Origin: Ramazzottius varieornatus
Taxonomy: Eukaryota; Animalia; Tardigrada
Reading direction: 5' to 3'
Length of the DNA: 64,000 nt
Assembly (NCBI GenBank): GCA_001949185.1
Contig: BDGG01000002.1
Location: forward strand, 496,001 to 560,000
Made by a program: the position numbers and the translations under genes. Position 1 is the first letter of the stretch; every line of letters begins with the position of its first letter. Shown here piece after piece: positions 24,258-47,398 of the stretch. The notes under the pieces are model-generated. The model was not told the DNA's origin. It was given only the letters and a program-made list of their open reading frames with translations, and ran no database searches.

Positions 24258-25872
24258 ATGTCGCACTCTAAACTCCAGACTGCCTCTCAGGTGCATCAGG
24301 AGCTGACGTTGGAAGCAGCGATCCATGAAGTGAAGCACGGAATGAGCCTTACAGGAGCTGTGAAGGTGTTCGGTGCGAGTCGCACGACGATGACAAACCG
24401 CATCCAGAATCCATCTCCAAACCCGGTCGGGAGAAAGACCAAGCTTCCTCCGTATGAAGAAGGGAGCCTGACCGATTTCCTACTGCCAAACTTCAGAAGC
24501 TGTACACTGCAGGATTCCTCGAAAGACCAGGAACTTCGATGAAACTGCCTTGGATATCTCCGAAATGTACGATCGGGTTGTAGCCAGAAAGGGGGCCAAG
24601 CAGCTTCCCTCGCAGTTCGACGGAACTGAGAAGGAGTCCGTGACTATCCTTCCATGTGGAAACGCAGTCGGAATCCAGCTAAAGTTTATGGCTCTCTACT
24701 CTGGCAAGGTACACGTCCTGTCGCGTCTCCAAGATACCCATGGTCCTTGCTATCACGTGGTTAATTCTTCCGGGTACATGGGTCAAGTTCACTTCGCTAG
24801 TTACGTCAAGGAAGAAGTTTTTCCAGCCAGAACGGAACTAAAGGTAATTCAAACTATGACTGCGCGTGACGTCATTGTGTTTGGTATATGTATGTATGTG
24901 GTAAACCAAACGTAGGCTTAACTTATGACGTCACTACGTGAAGTTCAAATCTGGAGGATTCCTCGTTAATGTTGATTGCTTGATTTGTTGCAGACCGTCA
25001 TATTTGTTGATGGCCACTTCACGCATGTCAATAACCTCCGGTTGGTTCGTTACTGCAAGAAGTTCTTCGAAACAACAGGGAAACGGGTGGAGATATTCTG
25101 TCTTCCAGCCGGGCAGACCATTCATCTTCAACCGTTTGATGTTTCAGCATTCGGAGGTGTGAAGAAGAAGTGGAAGATGTACCTACGTGATCGTCGTCTT
25201 GTTAAAGGCGGAATCGTGAGGACTTTGATACACCCATTGTCATTTTTGAAGGAGTCCCTTAATTTTTATCTTCGTTCTAATTTTCAGGTCACTAAAGACA
25301 ATCTGCTCTCGCATGTGGTCAAACTGTGGTACCGGACTGAGGGATGTGTCGACAAGTACGCGTTCAATGTAGGAGAGTGCCTCAAGTCTGGATTCGCAAA
25401 GACAGGCATGTTTCCGTTTTCCCCAGATGTGATCAGGAAGACAGTTAAAGCTCATCATGATCCGAAGGCATTCACTCGCGGAATTCGCGGTCGCGTGGAG
25501 CAAGATTTCGGCCCTCTGTTCCCGCTGCTTAAGAGCCAGTTCAACCTGACAACGGAGAAAGATCTGGGAGACATCAAAGAGCTGATCATCCTCAAGCAGA
25601 AAGGTATCACTCCCGGTGCCGTTTTAGCCAACAGCGTTCAGAAGACATTGTTCGGTGAAGCTCCAGTAAAGCAGCGTCGAGAGAAAAACAAGCATCTATG
25701 TTTGGAGTCTGGCGCCCTGACCACTCAACCCAGCTTTGTTGCGGAACTGGAAAAAGGGGAAGCGGAAAAAGCGGCAAAGAAAGCCACGACAGCAGTCAGG
25801 CGGAAAACTTCAACTCAAGAGCCGGCAAAAGGAAAGTCTAAAGCCACCGCAGTCAAAAAGCCACGCAAATAA
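24258..25872 (+). mobile_element. Decayed pogo/Fot-type (DDE_1) transposase gene with introns
   Basis: HTH_psq-like N-terminus (LEAAIHEVKHGMSLTGAVKVFGASRTTM), then a frame change or deletion near 24485 that removes the CENP-B HTH. Then DET, VARKGAK, EKESVTILPCGNA, FVDGHFTH, LPAGQTIHLQPFDVSAFGGVKKKW, SGFAKTGMFPF. Introns 24844-24993 and probably 25216-25287. The right end is lost in the gap. Confidence 0.85.
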
Positions 25873-25989
25873 CTTTCCTTCGCGGATTCCACTAAGTTGG
25901 TAACTTCACATTGGGGATTCCCTTTCGTTCTGATCATATGTTTCTGTTTTACTTTTACTACTTGATGTTGTTGATGGAACTTTTGTCGT

Positions 25990-26039
25990 NNNNNNNNNNN
26001 NNNNNNNNNNNNNNNNNNNNNNNNNNNNNNNNNNNNNNN
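25990..26039. other. Assembly gap (50 N)
   Basis: Run of N. Confidence 1.
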
Positions 26040-26339
26040 AGACCTCGCTCCTCGCACTGGAATCAGAAACAACTGTAGGAGAAAACAGGGAATATACTCT
26101 TGTCTAGAACTCTCGTGCTACGTAGGGGGCTCAAAAATCTTCAAGGCACGGATTCATTAAGGTGACGTTGTTGCCCATCCACAATCCCACGATTCCTATC
26201 CAAGTAAAGTTTAGCAGGCGACGGATGCTGGACGAGTGCATGCGCGAAGGGAAAGTCTGGAGCAGTAAAGGGTTTGGCGCGGACGGAAAAGACGGCAGAC
26301 TCAAGCTTCAAGCGTAAAAAATTGCCAAAAAGTGCATTG

Positions 26340-27650
26340 GTGTTATTGTTGTTTATGGGTTTTGAGTCTAAGTCTATCTAGATAAAAATGTCCGCTAGCG
26401 ACTGCGACTATGCTACTTGGTAAACTCTCGGCAGACTACCGACACAAATCCAAAATATTCAGAGAACTAGAAGAATGCTACACGAATGACTGCTAAAAGG
26501 AAATACACACTATCAATGGTTCAAAGGAAGGAAAGCCGCATACGGGCCTAAAAGTTCTAGTACGTAAGGGACAGACCGCCAGTTTACACAATCAAGAGCT
26601 AGAGAAAGCTTAGTCGGCGACGTATAGGCTTCGGCGTTCAGGACTATGTGGTTCCATATCCGGCTGACGAGGTACGCGAAGGAGCTGTCCGAGGCTCCTA
26701 TGTTCCGTCCATCCAACGACGTGTTCAGCTGAAGAGGGAAGGGGTGAGCACGAATCATCCCGGTCTGCCGGGTGTTTCCTGCAACAGAGCTAGGGGCAGC
26801 AACTGATACAAACGGTTCAAAGAAGAAATCACCTACGAGGACATTGCGAGAGACCATCTTTTAAGCCAAGACAAGGGAGTCTTTGATCCTTTTCAGTATC
26901 AGAGGCTCCATGCTCAGCTGTTGCAGCTGACTGCAGTAGCGTTCGATGGACGAGTCTTCCATGGCAGAACCCAAGTTGATCGTTGGGAGGAACTTCCTTT
27001 GGCAGTCGTCAAGGTCATCAATGAGGCCTTTCTGCCGGGGACTGCACACCACACTGCAGTAAGTGAGAAGAGGAAGGACAAGGACTGGAAAAGCGTGATG
27101 CGGGCTCGTTGGCACTTTCGGTTGAACAGCGATGAGATGTACCGTACTCTCTTCTTGCTTTCACGGCGACAGAGGACACTTGGTCCTTCCAGCTCAGCCG
27201 GTGGTCCATCTGTACTCCGAGGTACTTCACGGTGTTACTGCGAGGAAGGGCATCCCAGCCAAGGTGGTATGCTGGTGGTTCAGGCACATTGCGCTTCTCA
27301 CTGAAACGAACAAACACACATTTAAGTGCATTAAAAGTAAGCTTCGTGTTTTTCGACCACTCGAAAGTGCTATCAAGATCCTTCTGGAATTTTGTCTCGT
27401 CGCTCAGCGCTTGTATGACCCGATACAGCACAATGTCGTCAGCAAACAGCTTCAGGAAAACTCGAGGAACGCGACACATGACGGCGAAGTTGACGAGGCA
27501 GAGGAAGAGAAGGGGACCGAGAATAGAGCCTTGAGGTACTCCGCTGGTCACTGTCAGAGCTTCGGAGTTCGATCCGTCCACCACTGTCACTTGCCGACGT
27601 CCACGCAGGTAGTCTGCAAAAAGATTCAGAAAAACAGATTCCACAAGTAC
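26340..27650 (-). mobile_element. 5'-truncated non-LTR retrotransposon (CR1/L2/Jockey-group RT), frameshifted
   Basis: YLRGRRQVTVVDG, SGVPQGSILGPLLF, FADD, VKYLGV, then a frameshift into VLPLLTYCSVV...CQRKF and SFAYLVSRIWN. A CAA-rich tract near 26340-26355 may be the 3' tail. Confidence 0.9.
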
Positions 27651-28617
27651 GTACGTATATCCCTGTCGCTGTTTCGGAATCGCCTGATCCAAACTTTTAA
27701 CTGCTCCAAACTTTCCCTTCGCGCGTGTACTGCGCCAGTGCCGAAGAACGTAAGTGCCCGTGTCACCAAAGTCCCCGATGACTACCTTGACGGGAGACTG
27801 AGTCTGATGCTCTTGGATAGTAGCGCACTGTCCCAGCCTCAAGGCTGAAAGTGTGCGCTACTTGAAAAAAGATCTTATTGCGTTCGATTGTTCTTCTTCC
27901 GGAGACCGGCCGACTGTCGCTTCCAGCCGATAACACCTTTCAGAAAAACAATCTGGTATGTTTCGTTTGCCGTCCTGCTATTCTCATTCATTTTTATCAG
28001 CATCAGGGAATTTTAATGTGCAGGTTCGAACCGCTGTTGTTCGGGAATGTTATGGGATTTAGACTGGAGACACTTTGCTGGTGCTCGCTCAGAACAACGA
28101 CGCTAAATTTCTACCTGTCGTCCAAAGATGTGTACACGCAGGAGCACCAGTCTCAGTTACTTCGGCATATCAGTTCTGCAAATGTTATTGAACTTGTTGA
28201 CTGACATCTTGTTGACTGACATCACTGCATTTCAGTCTTAACGTCGATCTGTTTAATCAGCTGCTAGTACAAAACGCAAGTGAAAACTTGGAAAAAGATT
28301 AGCGGATCTAGGTTCTTATTCAAAAAAACAAAAAAAACAGAGCTGACAAAAACAGGTAGACTTGGTGTTTCTTCCACCGATGCAACCGTTTGCCACCGAC
28401 GCCGGGATGAAATTATACAAAAATATCGTGGCGGCAAACCGTGTTTTTCTCCATTCTCAACTTTCAGCGTAAATCAACATGGTACAGAGAAACAAAAAAA
28501 GAGGTTTAATGTTAAAGCTTCTTAAAGGTCTTTGGAGAGAATAATAGCGCGGCAAAACGACATCATCTTCCGCCTTAACGAGGTACTTCGGTTCGTCAAG
28601 AGGTAGGTTCTCCGGAT

Positions 28618-40826
<12,209 letters not shown>

Positions 40827-43117
40827 CTTTCTTCTGAAATTAGCCAAAATATTCTGGCTAATTCCACAGCTATCTCACGCTACAGACAACTTACTTGAGG
40901 GTCTCAGGAAGTCCAAGCCAGTCGGCAGAGTTGAACAGACGCAACCACAGCTCGTGCGAGGGCTCTTCAGCAGCAATTGATGCAGACCTACTGAACGAGC
41001 GACTCGAGCTTCCAACCAACCTCACTCACACACACACGGCCTTCCTCCCACCAACGGCCGTCCAGGCGTCTGTAGTAAATACACTCTAGGTCAGGCTGCT
41101 CGACATGTCTTTGGTTGAAGTTGAACGGTCCACCGTAAGAGTGAAGGAACACCTGAAATACACAAAGCGGTTAAAATCAGTCAGTACCCCGTTTCATTCG
41201 CGCATTTTGGTCAGCAATCTAACCAGTAACTAGTACGCCGAATGACGTCACCGCGCCACTTGAACAGATAACGGCAAAATATGGAGTCCGAAACCTGCCG
41301 AATTACGGGCTTCGTACTGACGAGCGAGGGATCAAAACATACATAAATTCAGCGAGAAGTATTCCTGGATAAGGTCCTACTGAAAGTCCAGCGGTGATTG
41401 ATAGTCCCAGGGGTAATATCGCCAGTGATTTGAAGGCTGCCAAAATGTCAGTCTGTTATCGGACGTTCTGCTTATCCCGCTGATTGTACGACGATAGAAG
41501 TGCCTCGAGACTGCCAAACTGCTCGTCGTGCCGGGACCTACACTGAATGTCCAAAGCTTCGACTGAAAGTGCCACCTACAACTATATGGCATGAGATCGT
41601 GACGACCAAGAGAAGCGAGCTGAAGCTCTTTGGCGTTCGTGCCGAGGAAAAACGATTCAACGATGACTGCTTGACTTGAGCGAGTACGTGGGCCAAAAGT
41701 GTACCCTCTTGCCAACTATCAATCAAATAGGCAAACCGGTTTTAGGATGAGTACCACCGGAAACGCGCTTTTGGTTGGTCGACAGGAAACTACATGTGCG
41801 TTTTAGCTGGTTGCAGAAACGAAGCTCCGCCTTGGAACCGCCCTTTCACCACCAGTAACAGGAGTGACTCAACACACGGGAACCTGAAAAAATGCGCGGG
41901 CCCTAGGGGATAATTTTCGGTACCAGGCACTACTGTACTAGCTGTTTGACTTGTTTTGGTTTTCAATATATTTTCGATGATCATGATCTGATCTTCTTCA
42001 GGACTTCTTCCAGTCGTTATGTCTTTGGCTGTGCCTCTCTGGGCTCATGAGCTTGGAAGATTGAGGATTCCCGTAAGTTCGACTGTAACTCCCAATCTCT
42101 CATATTCAGGCGCGAGGCGAGGTTCTACTGTGACTTTACTGGGGTGTGGTTTTGCAGGAGCAGAGTTTGTGCAGAATCTTTTACGGCTGTGCCGCGGAAT
42201 GACCCGTCGGAAGCGCCATAACAAAGCTTTGATTCGGGGTCGTTCACCGGAAGAGATGGTAAACAAGTCCTGTTGTACGGGTATGGTGAAATGTATACGG
42301 GAGGAATGGACAGCTGGACAGGAAAACAGGCTAACAAGAACGAAGGGAGGCGAGAGTCCCATCAGTGACGTCGTCGTGTGAATATCGATCGACGGAATGT
42401 CAAGTCAAAGGTTCAGTGGACCACTGGCCAGTGAGTCCAGGGGAATTTGTCCCACTTTCCGGGATGAGGGGCAGCTGGCTTGGATCGACAGGGAAGGAAG
42501 CGTGTTTGTATGCCTTCTGTCCATAATTACGCTTGACTGGACGCGCTTTCAACCTTGCATGTTTTTCTCTCGTTTTAGCCCCAGGACTGCTCGTCTCGGA
42601 AGTGTGAAACATTCGCAAGGAAAACAAGAAGAGGAGGTCGCAGTCTCGTGGGGGGAATATGGGCAGGGGAAAAAGAATATGTGCACCGAAAGTAAGCTCA
42701 TGAGAAATTATGTGGAATATTAATTATGAATTCCAAGCAGCTGCAGCATCTGCACGGAATGACCTAGTAAACCAGAAACAACAACTGGTTTGTCCGATCG
42801 ATCTGCTCGTCCTCCGAACGGACATACGCTGTGGTGGACTCGCGGTACCATGCCCACAGGGAAGTAAGAGCAGGATCTCTTCAACACGAAAATGAGCAGA
42901 CCAGTATAATTATAGTAGGACTGGGAGTTCGGCAGGCAAACTCTCGACCAGTTCACTTTTCCAACTGGCGCACGCTTTCAGCGGTGCGCCGTCTAGGAAA
43001 CAGTCAAACTCGCGAAGATCGTTTTCCCAAGTGGCGCAGGCATCCGGCTGATAACAAAGCGAAGGTGCGCCACTTGGGAAGACAATCTCGGTCAAGATTC
43101 TTTCCCGATCGAGCTCC

Positions 43118-46100
43118 TTGTACGGATGGAGTACTCTTATCGATATTCGAACTCTGGCCTTACGAGTCTCTCTCCTTGGAACTTTGAAAGCCTTACCTGC
43201 GATTTTCAGAAAAAGAAGGTACACGATAAAGGCAAAATGGTCCGGGCATCGGATTGGCGTTTCATATGACCAAGTATTCCACCAGGAGATTTAGTCACGC
43301 TTGGGAAGATGAATCAAGTCCAGAAAATAGGAACGACAGTAAGTTCCGAGGTTTGCTCATGACAATCCCGTAAACTCCACTTGTTGTTCAGTATAAAACT
43401 CCGTGCTCCGTTCTCCGCAGAGAAAATATCGAGATGGATGCTGCGAGCAGGAAATGAACCTTCGCCTGAAATGCAGAGCTGCTGCAACTGCATGCTGCGC
43501 AAGTGACATTCAGCACTCACCAAGCAGCCAACGAGTCGATCGCGAAACAGCACATGGCGTATGTAAGTTTGTAATGCATGACTGCAGATAGTTTGCAGAG
43601 GCGGCGCCGCAGAGCCTGCGTCAGTGAACCTACGGAGCTGCTCGTTTCCAGTACGAAGTGCACCGAATGGCTTTTGCTCAAACTTTACCATACTTTAGCA
43701 CTTTAGTATAGCTGCATCGCATTTCGTCGAAATGATTTTGACTGCTGTTGTGCTCAAGGTATTTGCTTGTAAGTTGTAACACTGCAGGACAAGGATAGAC
43801 TGTAGCGACACCTGGTCGGGGAGGAACATGGGTGTGGGTCCCGGAGAACTCTGCAACGGAAACTGCAACCGTTAAAGTAGCCAGTACCAGCGCGGCGGGA
43901 CAAGAGGAAGTGAGCACCCTTTCACCCATTATAGTCACGCAAGCCTACGTACAAAAATTTTGTACAAGATCATTTATGAAATGGGAATTCGACCAGCGAA
44001 GCCGGCAAGATTGTTTTCCCAAGTGGCGCGCCCTTGCAGGTTTATTTACTGCAGACATGCACCTTCAGGAAGAACAAGATTTCGTACTGTATTTGTTTCC
44101 GTCGCATAATGTTGAACTTATATTTACTTATCATAGCGTACTTCTGAAATTGGTATTGTTTTCAACAGGCAAATAAGCTCCGACGAAGATATGGGTAGAT
44201 TGATGAAACGCTACTACATAGTGTTACATGGTCGACTAATCGTGACCGTGGCCGGCCAAGATCAACGGAATCCATAGCTTCATTCTCTCGCGTCGGTCCA
44301 GTGTGATTGATCGTCATCTTAATTGAGCAAAGTTCCAGCTGAAGGAGGACGAAGCTTGGTGAACCTCCCCGGCATGAACAGCGTCCAGAGTAGGTCACAT
44401 GCTAAAGTCACTTGAGGCTACATTATGTTCTTCGATGATAATCGGCATCAAGGCGAACAAAGTCCTCAAGATTGGATGTCCAAATGGCGCTGCTTGACGG
44501 TCAACAACGCTGGAAAAGTTTTTTTGCGGACCTGAGCTCCCAATTAACGATCTTAAGATGAGTTTTGTTTGCAGGGAAACGCTACTGCATCGAGCGGATC
44601 TTCGCGCTGTTGACCTGAACCTATGCAAAATGTGCGGCATTCTTGCGATTCCTTCCCCCGGCAAATCTGACAGGGATGTCGACCACGCTTTGATTGACAA
44701 GTCAGTCATGCTGACCACGTTGAATGTTCGGGCCAGGAAGTTCGCCGATGAGGAAGACGTTCAGATGGTTCACTTGTATCGTAAGACTCCAACGCAGTTG
44801 GCTGATTTTGCAACAGTGCTACATAGTATTATTCATTGATTAATGATATACGATTATATTCACCAATTTTGGAAATTTTCAGACTCGCTGCAGTCTCTCT
44901 AGTAAACTTTCTGACCGTAGATTTTCCGATCAGAAGTTACTTGAGATGGTTATCTTAACTGGCTCCTAGTCGCTCTCGGTATAGACAGCTAGTTCCTCGG
45001 AACGATCGAAAACCCGCAACTTCCGGTCGGTGGCACGGCCTTGATACGGGGTATCACTATAGCCAGGGCCGTGCCAGCGACAGGAAGTTGCTTGTTTTCG
45101 GCGGTTCCGAGAACGGGATGTGGAATCAAACCTGTCACTCATGGCAGTCTGTGCATATAAGTTTTGACCATATTTTAGACTTGTCAAGAAGTGGCGTAAA
45201 TGGCTCTGCAAGGTCCCATTGTTTGTCTGTGTCATGTCCTAACCCAAAGTGCCAGATGATAATCTTTTCTTCTTTTTTCACAGAAGACCGCAATCCCGAG
45301 GACGATAAAAGCAGTAAGGAAGCAGTTGCAGTTCTTGATTGATTCAGATGTTGATAAACTGGAAGCTCGACAAAGAGGTCCGACAAGGTTGTTTTCCCAA
45401 GTGGCGCACGTTTGCATTCATATCGCCTCAGAGCGTGTGTCGCAAGAGAACGATATTGCTGAGTTTTACAGTTGCTCAACCTATAATACAGTGCTTTTGT
45501 TGACCGGCAGGTTCCTTTGAGAGGACAGAGCAGCTGAACTTCAACTGGCTCCGACAGTCGGGTCACGAAGTGCCCACATTATCCGATTTAAGTAAGCAGC
45601 CGAAATAATCAGAAGAACTCTTTAAAGGGAACGGCAAAGACTGACTTTCACCTATCTCCCGCATACGTCCATTCTGTTATTTCCCATAGACCATTCTAGT
45701 AACGTGGCGTCGACCACCTGGGCCTGCGTCGACCACCTGGATAGCAGCAAGAGCCGCAACTTCTTCACTAGTTTGCCGTACGCCACCGGCCTGGGCTTTT
45801 TCGGCAACCACTGCGAGCTGGTTGGTTATCGAAGCTTCCTTTCATTCGTCGATTATTCACATCTTCTAGGGCCTGACGTTTTGCGGAGCGTCCGCCGAGT
45901 GGAAAAGGTTTTGGCCGAAGGCGCCGGCAAGTTTGGCGCTCTTTTCACGTCGCTAACGTCGATAAGCGACCGCAACTACGTGCCTGTGGCTGCCATGCAG
46001 TCTATCTTGAAACGATGTTCGATGTTTGGGCTAAGTTTCTTTTGACTGTATGACTGGACTGATCGGAGGAAAGCACGTCTCCTGAGGACCACAGTTGGAA

Positions 46101-46702
46101 AAGCAAGTGACCATCAAACAGTTCTCCGTCCATGATGGCCCTATGGCCCCACACGCGGCTACGATGGCTTCCCTCCAACCGTAGCAACTCCGACCACAAT
46201 GTTTACTTCAAAAAAGTAGAAACGAAATATTGAAGAATATTGCACAGAAGTATAAGCTCACCAAACAAAGCAGAGAAAAATCACTTGCTCAAGTGGCGCA
46301 CGGTTTCATGTTGTTAGCTGTAAGCCTGCGCCGCTTGAAGACATGAGCTTGTCCAGTTTGATCGTTTTCCCCAGTGGCGCACGTCCACAGTATCACTGAC
46401 CGAAGAAGTGCGTCACTTGGGCAAATCTTTTCGAGGTTGTCTGCCGGACTTACAAGTAACGGAAAAAATATGAAATGAGATGTAATTGCAAGAGTCGGCG
46501 TATGGTGGCATAGTGGTTGATGCTACGAAGAACCACGACAACTTGTGCCTGGGGGTCCACCGTAAAATGGACATGACTGATGAAAGTGAAGTCTCCGCTC
46601 GACGCTTTGTCGCCGCGAACCCATTACCCAACCGAAGACTTCATACTGAGCCCCAACGATATGATATACGGCGTCGAACAAGGCAGATTACGTTCCTCCT
46701 AA
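43118..46702 (+). pseudogene. Decayed tandem paralog of the Slo/BK-like channel
   Basis: Colinear remnants: pore LYGWSTLIDIRTLALRVSLLG (43118-43180); RADLRAVDLNLCKMC...LIDKSVMLTTLNVRA (from 44575, +1 frameshift at exon start); micro-exon EDRNPEDDKS (about 45284); RQSGHEVPTLSDL (about 45511); FTSLPYATG and EKVLAEGAG (45690-45930); QVTIKQFSVHDGPMAPHA (about 46095); ESAYGG...LCLGVHRKMD...RRFVAANP with a frameshift before EDFILSP. Damaged splice sites (gcaa acceptor, non-GT donors). Confidence 0.85.
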
Positions 46703-47398
46703 AGAAAACGCGCTGAGACAAGCTGTCCATGATGATGATAAGTTTGGAGACGAGTGCGCTGAGGAAAAAGAAAATCCGGAACATTGGCGGGAGTGACAGA
46801 GGACACCCATTACAGAAACCCGTGCGACCTCTTCTTTCACAGCTTTGTTGGCTAGCAAAAGACGATCGAGAAAATTTGCTCAATACCTCGGGTGAAATTA
46901 TCTAGAAGCTGGAGGCGTAAGAAGCCTAACACACGAAAACACGCAGTAACAATCATCAGACAGTGGTTAGCCTTCTGCTGGGTAGCGACATGGATAGCTT
47001 CGTAAACTACCACAGAGTCTTTCGATTAGGGTAAGCCAGGTCGTTCGATCGCTGTCAAGCTCAGTTGGCGAAGACCAGCCCTTTGTTCGTGAAGAACAAA
47101 AGGTACGTAATAGCCCAGCGGTGAAATAAAGTACAACCTCCGGCCATCAATAACTCCGAGTCCAACGTTACCGGCTTACCACCGTCAGCATCCTCCACCG
47201 AACATGGCTACACGAAAGAGTTTCCGTCTACCATACAAACGGTATAATTCCATCACGTTGTCTTTCATACACCTAACGCATCCATAGAGCACTTCGGTGA
47301 CTCTGGTTGGATGACGGCTAGAAGGTCAACGTTATCCCTGTATTGAAGTTATGTAGGAATATTCTTCAGTGTGTATCGGAATATTTGCGGACGGAAAA

